Assembly (NCBI GenBank): GCA_003427395.1
Contig: BFEA01000004.1
Span: 607,736-671,735 of the forward strand
Direction: 5' to 3'
Origin: Chara braunii
Taxonomy: Eukaryota; Plantae; Charophyceae
Length of the DNA stretch: 64,000 nucleotides
Shown: positions 27,983-38,851 of the stretch, in pieces
How the letters are laid out: each line of letters begins with the position of its first letter
Numbering within the stretch: position 1 is the stretch's first letter
The notes under the pieces: model-generated
What the model saw: the letters and a program-made list of their open reading frames with translations, nothing else
What the model was told of the DNA's origin: nothing
Database searches by the model: none
Program-made: the position numbers and the translations under genes

Positions 27983-28461
27983 TTCAAGCAATTTTCAACG
28001 TGAACGAGTTTTTGAGTGCATTGCCGAATCATACTTTATTCTGGATTATTGCCCGACTCTGGTGTGACACCTGTCGGGGCAGGGACGCGGTGCGTCTTGG
28101 TAGTGGCATTCATCATCTATGCCATCACCATTATCAAACTATGGCAACCGCCGCCGTCTGTGCCGAAGGGTGCCCAACATTTCCTCATTGTACACATACC
28201 TGTCACCCAGACATTCGATGTCGCTTTTGTGAGCAAGGACGCTATCAGAACTGCAGGATGCCGCACTGTGATGAACGTCCTGCTGTTTTCTTGACATGTG
28301 GACAGCATGTCCTTTGTCAGGACTGCTTTGATGGGATGGTCCGTGCTAGCCGTCCTGCTGAATGCTGTGCTGGTGCAGCTGTCCTTGGGTATTCTTGTGA
28401 ACATCCACGCCACCCTCAGCGAGCCTGTCCTATCTGCCGGGGTGGGGGCTCCTCTTCCTGA
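27979..28461 (+). CDS. ORF B of the hammerhead element; Cys/His-rich protein with RING-finger-like C-terminus
   Basis: C-x4-C...CGQH-x2-C-x2-C...CPICR spacing typical of C3HC4 RING; extra CxxC and His clusters upstream; ATG at 27979 overlaps the TGA of ORF A. Confidence 0.6.
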   Translation: MIQAIFNVNEFLSALPNHTLFWIIARLWCDTCRGRDAVRLGSGIHHLCHHHYQTMATAAVCAEGCPTFPHCTHTCHPDIRCRFCEQGRYQNCRMPHCDERPAVFLTCGQHVLCQDCFDGMVRASRPAECCAGAAVLGYSCEHPRHPQRACPICRGGGSSS

Positions 28462-29516
28462 CTGGTCTCAATAGAATCAAGCAGGTCGGGAGCAACACTG
28501 ATTATAGGACATTGGAAAAACGAAAAGAAAAAAAGAAAAAAAGAAAAAAAGAAAAAAAATAGAAAAAAAGAAAAAAGAAAATAAGGTATAATATGAAATA
28601 TGTTGAATTTTGTTGTGACAGTGGCAATTGGTTTATCCGAGGGATGTGTCAATTGCTTTGTTTGGCTTATACGCCTTCCTTCCTCTTCTCTTGTCCTTTC
28701 TCTCACTGGATCCTTTTTTCTTTTTCTTGCCTCTGTGAGGTCTGGTTTCCTCCTCCTTTTCTTCACCTCTTTGCCTTTTGGCTGCGTGCGAGTGGGTCCT
28801 TGTGACACACGGGGACGGGGGCAGCCAGCGCTCAACCTGTCATCCACGTGGCTGGCCTTGTACGTAGGAGGTGATGAACAGGTGGGGCTTTCCTTCCTTA
28901 CTTTTTTTCTTTCCCTTCCTTGTTTTGCTTTTTCCCGCCTTTGCGCTCCGATTCACAGTGTGACAATATATATATATATATATATATCGTGGGCGGCCTT
29001 GTACGCAAGAGGTTCTGAACAGGGGGAGTTGTAAAGAAGAAGATTAAAAATGAATTTAAGATTTTTTTGTTTTTTTTGTTTTTTTCGCTTAGGCGCTCTG
29101 ATATCATGTGACAATATATATATATATGTGACGATATATATATCTATATATATATATACAGCCCCTCGTTTGTTGTCCTCTTCTCTCTCTCTGCCTACAG
29201 TTTTACCGGGCAGTTCTGTTTGTGACGATATATATATACAGCCCCTCGTTTGTTGTCCTCTTCTCTCTCTCTGCCTACGGTTTACCGGGCACTTCTGTTT
29301 GTGACTATATATATATCTTTTCCCTTCCCCTTTTTTCCTTTTCCTTTTTTCTTTTCCCTTTTTTGCGCTCTGATTCACAATGTGACAATATATTTGACGA
29401 TAGGGGTGTGAACCGACAGTCTGTAGAGTTTTCCATCTGGTGTGGGTGAGTGATAGTCTACTTTGATTTTGGTTGAGGTAGATTATCATTTACAGTGTAA
29501 TCAGTGAGGGGATTCT

Positions 29517-29576
29517 GCAGACTGTTGAGGGTTCAGCCTCCTGATGAGTCGGTGAAACTCCGACGAAACAGTTTGT
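29517..29576 (+). ncRNA. Type III hammerhead ribozyme
   Basis: GCAGACTGT-T (GUU cleavage triplet, cut after 29526); stem I GAGG/CCTC with loop GTTCAG; core CTGATGA 29541-29547; stem II GTCGG/CCGAC; GAAA 29565-29568; stem III ACAGTTTGT pairs with GCAGACTGT. Confidence 0.88.
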
Positions 29577-30498
29577 CACAGCCCCTCGTTTGTTGTCCTC
29601 TTCTCCCTCTCTGCCTACNNNNNNNNNNNNNNNNNNNNNNNNNNNNNNNNNNNNNNNNNNNNNNNNNNNNNNNNNNNNNNNNNNNNNNNNNNNNNNNNNN
29701 NNNNNNNNNNNNNNNNNNNNNNNNNNNNNNNNNNNNNNNNNNNNNNNNNNNNNNNNNNNNNNNNNNNNNNNNNNNNNNNNNNNNNNNNNNNNNNNNNNNN
29801 NNNNNNNNNNNNNNNNNNNNNNNNNNNNNNNNNNNNNNNNNNNNNNNNNNNNNNNNNNNNNNNNNNNNNNNNNNNNNNNNNNNNNNNNNNNNNNNNNNNN
29901 NNNNNNNNNNNNNNNNNNNNNNNNNNNNNNNNNNNNNNNNNNNNNNNNNNNNNNNNNNNNNNNNNNNNNNNNNNNNNNNNNNNNNNNNNNNNNNNNNNNN
30001 NNNNNNNNNNNNNNNNNNNNNNNNNNNNNNNNNNNNNNNNNNNNNNNNNNNNNNNNNNNNNNNNNNNNNNNNNNNNNNNNNNNNNNNNNNNNNNNNNNNN
30101 NNNNNNNNNNNNNNNNNNNNNNNNNNNNNNNNNNNNNNNNNNNNNNNNNNNNNNNNNNNNNNNNNNNNNNNNNNNNNNNNNNNNNNNNNNNNNNNNNNNN
30201 NNNNNNNNNNNNNNNNNNNNNNNNNNNNNNNNNNNNNNNNNNNNNNNNNNNNNNNNNNNNNNNNNNNNNNNNNNNNNNNNNNNNNNNNNNNNNNNNNNNN
30301 NNNNNNNNNNNNNNNNNNNNNNNNNNNNNNNNNNNNNNNNNNNNNNNNNNNNNNNNNNNNNNNNNNNNNNNNNNNNNNNNNNNNNNNNNNNNNNNNNNNN
30401 NNNNNNNNNNNNNNNNNNNNNNNNNNNNNNNNNNNNNNNNNNNNNNNNNNNNNNNNNNNNNNNNNNNNNNNNNNNNNNNNNNNNNNNNNNNNNNNNNN

Positions 30499-30544
30499 CG
30501 GAGTTTCACCGACTCATCAGGAGGCTGAACCCTCAACAGTCTGC
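30499..30544 (-). ncRNA. Inverted second copy of the hammerhead ribozyme, 3' part lost in an N gap
   Basis: Reverse complement reads GCAGACTGTTGAGGGTTCAGCCTCCTGATGAGTCGGTGAAACTCCG, identical to 29517-29562. Confidence 0.7.
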
Positions 30545-31676
30545 AGAATCCCCTCACTGATTACACTGTAAATGATAATCTACCTTAACCAAAATCAAAG
30601 TAGACTATCACTCACCCACACCAGATGGAAAACTCTACAGACTGTCTATATTCAAACAGAGCTGCCCGGCAAACCGTAGGCAGAGAGGGAGAAGAGGACA
30701 ACAAACGAGGCGCTGTGACAAACTGTTTCGTTGGTGTATTCATTGAGAACTGCCCGGTGAAGCGTAGGCTGAAAGGGAGAAAACTTGAAAAAGGATAAGA
30801 AACTGGGGGCTGTGACAGATGGTTTCGTCGGAGTTAGTCTAACCCGAGCCAGATCAGCAGTGAGATGATTTTTTAGCTGTTTGTTCTGTCATGTTCCTTG
30901 TGATTTTCACCGACTCGTCAGGAGGAGGAGTATATATACAAACGCATGCAAAAAGAAGTGGGATGCCGTTTATATTTATCTTCATCCACTCATCAGTAGG
31001 CTCAGCTCAATGCCGTTTTTATATCTGGCCGGCTTTAATCCCCTCAATGACATTCAATTTGATGTTTCACGCAGCGAACCGGATCTGCTTTGACTGCAGT
31101 TACAGTAAAATAACTGGGCCCATGAAAAGCTCTCGCATGACGTGCCATCAACATTGAGGCGTGGAGAATCTAACAAAAATAGGGCGGGGGGGTGCTATGT
31201 GACTTGCTTTAGGAGTTTCGAGGCTTGAACCGTTGTCTCTGGTGTTCGCTGATTTACCGTCGACCTACGTGGTCGTGGTTCCAGAGATGAAGTCTAGGGC
31301 AGGGGAGCTCGTCGGGACGGAGGTCCCCCTTTTTTTTTTGTTTTTTTTTTACTGTAGTAGGATTCGTAGGCAGAGAGATTGGACGACGACCCATCTTCAC
31401 CCGAATAGAACGGCCGGTCATTCAAAAGGTCCAGGATGTAACTGTATTTGGTGCAAGTTTCAGTCCAGATACAGTGATAATGACTGGGAGTACAATTCGG
31501 GTGAAGATGGGGCGCACGTACTTGGGCGAAGATCAAGGACGGGGTAAGTAGAGACACCGCTGCAGAATGTTTTTTTTTTTTTTTAATTTATATTTTTATA
31601 TTTTAATGTTAAGGGGTCCCTAAGGACCGGATTAGGAATAAAGATAAGTAATCATAATAATTACCGCTGAATTGTC

Positions 31677-31707
<31 letters not shown>

Positions 31708-31866
31708 CGGTATGTTGGTTCTCTGGAGCTGAGACGAACTTCAAGGGCGTGGTTCTAATAGCAACCAACTTGAAAGGGCCCATTCCAGGCCGTAGGTGGA
31801 CCAGATGGATGCCCAAGGGATTGGCCAATTTCATATATCGACGAAATGAACCATCTCCGAGCTGTA

Positions 31867-31977
31867 CTACCGTCTTCCCCCGAACATAACTCACCCTTAA
31901 AATGAACGTATACAAGTTATATTTCCGGCCAGATACAGCCAAAATGAGGGTGCGTTGTGTTCGGGGGAAGACGGTAG
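31867..31977. mobile_element. Tc1/mariner (pogo/Tc2-like) MITE, one copy of a dispersed family
   Basis: TA-CCGTCTTCCCCCGAAC...GTTCGGGGGAAGACGG-TA; relatives near 26055, 31388, 35390-35737, 40060, 52431, 56757 and 61878. Confidence 0.7.
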
Positions 31978-34900
31978 ACGCATGACAGGGGAGAATAGGA
32001 GAGCGGCTTCGACTTCCTTTTCCTCCTTGGAAGTCCGAAAAGAGATCATTGGAAACTGGGAGCCCGGGTTGAGTTGTGAGGTCCCCGGCCTCCTTTTTTT
32101 TTTTTTTTTAGAATGACTTGTTTTTTTTTGAGGGGAACAAACAAACAAACAAACTGGGGCCTTTCTCAGTGNNNNNNNNNNNNNNNNNNNNNNNNNNNNN
32201 NNNNNNNNNNNNNNNNNNNNNNNNNNNNNNNNNNNNNNNNNNNNNNNNNNNNNNNNNNNNNNNNNNNNNNNNNNNNNNNNNNNNNNNNNNNNNNNNNNNN
32301 NNNNNNNNNNNNNNNNNNNNNNNNNNNNNNNNNNNNNNNNNNNNNNNNNNNNNNNNNNNNNNNNNNNNNNNNNNNNNNNNNNNNNNNNNNNNNNNNNNNN
32401 NNNNNNNNNNNNNNNNNNNNNNNNNNNNNNNNNNNNNNNNNNNNNNNNNNNNNNNNNNNNNNNNNNNNNNNNNNNNNNNNNNNNNNNNNNNNNNNNNNNN
32501 NNNNNNNNNNNNNNNNNNNNNNNNNNNNNNNNNNNNNNNNNNNNNNNNNNNNNNNNNNNNNNNNNNNNNNNNNNNNNNNNNNNNNNNNNNNNNNNNNNNN
32601 NNNNNNNNNNNNNNNNNNNNNNNNNNNNNNNNNNNNNNNNNNNNNNNNNNNNNNNNNNNNNNNNNNNNNNNNNNNNNNNNNNNNNNNNNNNNNNNNNNNN
32701 NNNNNNNNNNNNNNNNNNNNNNNNNNNNNNNNNNNNNNNNNNNNNNNNNNNNNNNNNNNNNNNNNNNNNNNNNNNNNNNNNNNNNNNNNNNNNNNNNNNN
32801 NNNNNNNNNNNNNNNNNNNNNNNNNNNNNNNNNNNNNNNNNNNNNNNNNNNNNNNNNNNNNNNNNNNNNNNNNNNNNNNNNNNNNNNNNNNNNNNNNNNN
32901 NNNNNNNNNNNNNNNNNNNNNNNNNNNNNNNNNNNNNNNNNNNNNNNNNNNNNNNNNNNNNNNNNNNNNNNNNNNNNNNNNNNNNNNNNNNNNNNNNNNN
33001 NNNNNNNNNNNNNNNNNNNNNNNNNNNNNNNNNNNNNNNGGGGCGTGTTTAAACCACCCTTCTGTTGCGTACTCTACCACGATGCTTCTATATTAACACA
33101 AGCTGGTTATCAATGACAGCCGGGCGGCGGAGTCTCGAGAGCACAAGTTGGTGATCTTGTGCTCTCGACAACAAATATTGTCATGCTTAGCGGTCCCTGT
33201 TTTGCCAGATTGTACGTTTTGGGGCCGTAGATTAGACCGATTGACGGTCATCTGTGGTGATCTTCTTTCCCGAGTCGAGCAATGCCCCTGGAACTCGATC
33301 GTCCCTACGATTCCTTTTTGTGCGTCGTAATCATCAGATACAGAATTCCCAATTTGAAATCGATGAGCAGGGGGAAAAAAAAACTGGCGGCGCAGCCTGC
33401 ACTGGCGTAGTAATTTTACGTGCGATCAGCTTTTACCGAAAGATAAAACAAAATTACTAATATCTCATGATACATCACAATAAAATATAATATATAATAC
33501 AGTATAGTAGTATACAATACGATATGGTGCGCTTGAAATACCATGCGATGTAGGCTTTATGTTTTGAGGCTCCTGAGTACGAGCCCGTAATATGAGGATT
33601 GTGGGCAGATGGGGGCGGATGGATGGGCAGATAGGAACGAGGGGGAACTAACAAGCTCCCAAGCGATCATTCACCCGTATTTATTTATTCATTTTTATTT
33701 ATTTATTCACAATTTCACAATGCAACTCGCGTTGTGCACACTCCTCGGAAAAAGACCGACCAAAATGGCAGACCAAAAAGACAGTCGAAAAAGACAGACC
33801 AAAAAGACAGTCGAAAAAAACAGAAGATCCACACATATTACGCGCACGCACACACGGTTCATGACCAAAAAAGCATTAGCAAGAGGTCTGCTCACAGTGA
33901 CAGTGAACCGTAGTTAATATAAGCGAAGGGAAATAAATTATTAATTTATGAGAGAATGGTTATGAGTGTATCTCCAGCTAGAATCTGGAAAGATGCACTC
34001 CCCGCCACGTAAACATATATTGAAGGGTTGGTTTATAACGGCCATTGGTACTTGCAGGAGCATAATGAACGAATCAATTTCCTCTTCTTTCCCCTTCTTG
34101 CCTGCATCGATCGGAAGCTTGTATAACAAAAGTTTGCGGCCTCACTGCATCCACACCAAATCTCCAAAATGCTGGACGAACGGATCTGCAGCTAGAATGT
34201 GGAAGGATGCACCTGGCTTTGCCTTGCCTCCTTTCACATTTGGTGGGTGGTGGAGCGAGGTCTACAACAACATTATTACAAAGAAACGAAATCGACGCTC
34301 AGCATTCTGTATCTCTGTTTCCATCGAGAGCGACACCCATCTTATGCCGATCAGGTGAAGAGAGATCTGAAAACTCCTGTGTGTGTTTCAGTGACTCTGT
34401 TTTGGTCAGTCAGACTAGTGTGTAGAAGAATGTGAACCGCCAGAGACGTGTCCTATTTGCAATCGGTGCGCACGGGTGTGAAAACGCGATGGGAGCAGTT
34501 AGGGGGTAGAGAATCAGGAGAGCAGATGACGAGAGGAGAGGAGGAGGGTAGAAAGGAGGAGCACAAGAGGAGTGCAGAGGAGAAGAACGGAGAGACAGCG
34601 CATGAAATCTTCGGAGGTGAACAATGGAGGACGTCGGGGGGGGGGGGGTGGGGGGGGGGGGGTGGGTGGGTGAAGGTGTGGAGGAGAGCACATGAAGAAG
34701 GTATAGTACGAGATCACGATGTAATTAAAGACGAGGAAGAGATTCAACTTCGTTCAAAGGGTAGAGCAGTTGATGACGTGGTAGGACGAGATTCGACTAG
34801 CAGAGCAGAGGAGAAGACTAGCAGCATTTTGAGGAGCAGAAGATGGAGGACAGCGGGCAAGGACAGCCCAGAAGAGCGGAAAGAGGGGCGGGCGACGTGA

Positions 34901-34982
34901 GAGCCGCCCCAGGAGATCAAACGGACCAAGCAGTTGTGTTGCTGGTTTCGTCAATGGGTGCAATTTGCCAAGCCACCTCTAT

Positions 34983-35104
34983 GGGCCTCGCTGCACTACT
35001 CTCAACATGCGCAAAAGACAAAAATCATAGCCGTGTATCTTTCCATATTCTAGCGGAAGATTCACTCTCGTTTTGCACATTTCGAGAGTAGTGCAGCGAG
35101 GCCC
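34983..35104. mobile_element. Tourist-like (PIF/Harbinger) hairpin MITE
   Basis: GGGCCTCGCTGCACTACTCTC...GAGAGTAGTGCAGCGAGGCCC perfect 21-bp TIR; 3-bp TSD TAT. Confidence 0.75.
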
Positions 35105-35354
35105 TATGTCTGTGTTTTTGGGGAAGTTTGGCCGATCATATATACGGAGATGAATGGTGATCTCTGACGAGGCACCTCGTGGATCCGAACTGAATGCTGA
35201 TGAAATCTGGTCACAACTCGAAGGTTTTAAATAATAGTTAGCTACAGTTAATCGAGCTGCAACTCACAAATGTGAGAAAGTTTTTAAATACAACGGTTAA
35301 TGATCGGGAAGTGATCGGGCCATGGAAAACGGTAACAGTCACGTGAGCGTTTGT

Positions 35355-35737
35355 CGACTACGACATCATCGAATACATGATGGGATTTGCTACCGTCTTC
35401 ACCGGAATAGGACGCCCGGTACCGGTCATTATCGCTGCATCTAGACTGAAAGTTGCACCAAATACGGCTATAATCGAGTACGACATCATCGAATACATGA
35501 TGGGATTTGCTACCGTCTTCACCCGAATAGGACGCCCAGTCATTATCGCTGCCTCTAGACTGAAAAGTTGCACCAAATACGGGTATAATCGAGTACGACA
35601 TCATCGAATACATGATGGGATTTGCTACCGTCTTCACCCGAATAGGACGCCCGGTCATTATCGCTGCATCTGGACTGAAAGTTGTACCAAATACGGCTAT
35701 ATAATGACCGGACGTTCTCTTCGGGTGAAGATGGTAG
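35355..35737 (+). repeat. Tandem ~118-bp repeat (3 copies) built from a MITE half
   Basis: TACGACATCATCGAATACATGATGGGATTTGCTACCGTCTTCAC repeated three times. Confidence 0.85.
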
Positions 35738-35853
35738 TGAATAAATGCATCATCTTTATCAAAGTTGGAGCACCCTTGAAATTACCTCAAAATAGTTAAT
35801 TTGTTCTCGATCGACATTAGTCTGCCACCACGTGAAGTTTTATTAAAAGTTAT

Positions 35854-36050
35854 TTAGGGGTAACTTCGGCGCAGTCACGACAAATAGTTGATATAAAATG
35901 CACTTCAGGCAATCCCGCGAACACAACACACCCCCACGTGACCCCACCTGTCCCGAATCCTTGGTTATATACATTCACCATTACTAGCCCTTTTGCCTCA
36001 AGTGCATTTTCAAACTCAAACCCCCCTGACTGCGCCGTAGTTTTCTCTAA
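35854..36050. mobile_element. MITE with long imperfect TIRs
   Basis: TTAGGGGTAACTTCGGCGCAGTCA...TGACTGCGCCGTAGTTTTCTCTAA; internal TGCACTTCAGGCAA/TTGCCTCAAGTGCA. Confidence 0.55.
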
Positions 36051-36547
36051 CTTCTAATATAATTGAGTCGATGTCCCAAGGAGCGACAGAATTACACGTA
36101 TTAAGTACAAGCACAAGTGCCGATAGGGATGGCCGGCGGGGAAGAGTACAGCAGCCTGAGGAGGCTGAGGGTGATTAGTTCGATGGAAAGCGCACTACTA
36201 GCGGATCATTTGACTTCGAGAAAAATCGTAGGTGGAGAATGCTGCTAGATGTGAGATGAGGTTTAACTTAGTAAAAAAATGAGAAAAGCGTGGAGTATTT
36301 AACCGTGATCATGGATAAATTCAGACATTTGAATTTGAATTTAGGCGTGTGGATGCTCACGCCTTGGGAGCAGTTCCAGGCACGGATTCGAGGTATTGAG
36401 GTTGGGAAGCATCCAACACGAAAAGAGGGAGATCTAGATGTAGTGGCTATACCCCGCCTTCGTCACTCACGTTCAAGTAACTCTAGGCTATGCAACATCG
36501 TACACGATCAGTTCAGTCTTTTCAGACTCCAGATGTCTGAGCGGGTC

Positions 36548-36591
<44 letters not shown>

Positions 36592-37044
36592 NNNNNNNNN
36601 NNNNNNNNNTGTGTGTGTGTGTGTGTTTGGCTGTTTGCTTGCGTGTCTGTCTGTCTGTGTCTGCGACATGGATAACCGGTTGACCGAAAGAAGGAGATGA
36701 TTTTTGAGTGAAGTTTAGGGCGTCTCGGGAAAAATGAACGTGGTCGGGGATCAGGTTGACATTCGTTTGAGGAGGCTGATTTCGGGAACGGTTGCCAGTG
36801 CCGCGGCAGTGTCGTTTGCTATGGTATTATCTTTTTCTTCTTTGGAAAGCGAATCAACTTCAATTCGGGTCAGACTCTTCAAAAGGATGATAGAAACGCC
36901 TCGAAACCCTAGGAAGGAGCCCCGCCAATAACCCAGGGCAAGTAGACCGTTAGGCTGAGCAGATGGTCGATTGTCCAATCGATGCCAAAGTTCTCTCTGC
37001 ACAACACTTGAATCCCACCATGTAGCATCTCCGAGAAACGATCT

Positions 37045-37103
<59 letters not shown>

Positions 37104-38084
37104 GTTTTCTCCTTGGTCAAGTTCTTCGATGATCTCGAGGATTGAAAAAGGAAAGGACATGAAAGGAAAGGATCACTTGTTGGCATGGTTTGATCGATGT
37201 CATTCGGTTATCTGTGTTGCCTCCGTTGCGGGTGGACTCAGGCTGACAGCAGTGGATCAGTCCGGAATTGCGTACAGGCATTTCTGTTTATTACTATTTT
37301 CAAGTATTATCAGTTGAACGTGTCTACTGCATTTGCGTGCGTCTGCGCGCAACCGTTGTCAGTCATCTGAGGCAGGTTGGCTTTGAGTGGCAACACTTAC
37401 AAGGCAAGGAAGGTAGGTTGAGAACAGTGGGCCCCATGAACGATGTAAAACAACGGGCGTCTCGGTAGTGCTTTGATGAGCAACAATGGCTTGATTTTCT
37501 TTCGTTACTTTTCGGACTGTGGAGGTGCAAAGGTGCGTGGTCCTGAACAAGCCAGCCAGCAAGTGTCCCTAGGTGGCTTGGTCGAGTGCTGTATTCACTA
37601 GTAGGATATTTAAGGTCACAGCTTGTGTGATCGTTTTGAAAGCCTGTCCAGATTTATGGTCGTCATCATCAGGTATCATGTCCACGTTGTTGCTGGGGGC
37701 TTAATATCCTGATTTGACGATATGATCTGTCACACGTAAAAATTGACAACGTGGCAGTGCGATGAGTTGTGCGACAGTCGGACTTTTGGACGATGTCATA
37801 ACGAGAGAGTGACATTGTGTGACAATGCACCATTCCACATGGAGGTGGCAGTGTGAGATGATGTCACATCGCACTGACAATGTGGTGCAGGCAGAGGTCA
37901 GGCATGAATACTCTGACGAAGGCAGTCCAGCTCGCACCTATAATTGGAACTACGACAAGCTGCTTAAGTTAAGAAAAAGAATTAGACCATTTATCGATTC
38001 ATTCGTGACATCCTTCGGCAGGGGCCGTGCTAATCTTCTTGGTCTCGCTCCAATTTTTAACTGATATCCTGAAGGACCAAGCTG

Positions 38085-38256
38085 CGTCTATGATTCCCCA
38101 AATAGCCGATTACTGAGTCTCATCTGCTCTGAGATGCATCCCACCTGATCTGTCACCGGCGTCTGCTGTCACCGATCATGCCCACAAAAGATCGACTTCG
38201 ATCTAACTCGGATTATTGGTAAATCAAAGCTCGATCCGCAAGTGTCGGCGATGGAT

Positions 38257-38312
<56 letters not shown>

Positions 38313-38560
38313 TGTTGTGAGTGTGTGTGGTCCCGCTCGCAGGTACTGATCCCTGAAATAGCCGATTACTGAGTCTGATCTGCTCTTGAGATGTATCCCA
38401 CCTGATCTGTCACCAGAGTCTGGTCCCTACCTGCTGTCACTAATCACGTCCGCAAAAGATGGACTTCAATCTAACTCGGGTTATTGGTAAATTATAGCCC
38501 GAACCACATTGTCGGCGATGGATCTCGTGTGTGTGTGTGTGTGTGTGGTCTCACTCGCAG
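38085..38560 (+). repeat. Two-copy ~260-bp tandem duplication, each copy ending in (GT)n
   Basis: AATAGCCGATTACTGAGTCT...GTCGGCGATGGATCTCGTGTGT occurs twice. Confidence 0.8.
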
Positions 38561-38689
38561 GTGTGTCCACAAGTCATGTGTGCGTGTGCCTGTTGCGTGG
38601 GAGGGTCGTTCGGAGCAAGCACTTAAAAACCAAGTACGAATAAGCGTGTAGTTGTTCCAGCAAACGGCAACGTTTTTCTTTAGAGATCA

Positions 38690-38851
<162 letters not shown>

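Larger units (their letters stand above)
26470..30930. mobile_element. Hammerhead-bearing LTR-like (retrozyme-like) element array, tandem plus inverted copies
   Basis: ~200-bp unit with inverted ends TGTGAC...GTCACA (29381-29580; deleted copies near 26585, 26695, 27133, 28960, 29108); on the minus strand a PBS-like TGATATCAGAGC follows it and a purine-rich tract ending GAGGGGC precedes it; inverted copies at 30499-30930. Confidence 0.7.

Noticed and set aside
29490-33116. Long ORFs of 300-355 aa in the ORF track
   Set aside because: Mostly X residues from N gaps
35164-35195. CTGACGAG...CCGAAC, a possible hammerhead core
   Set aside because: No GAAA and no convincing stems I or III
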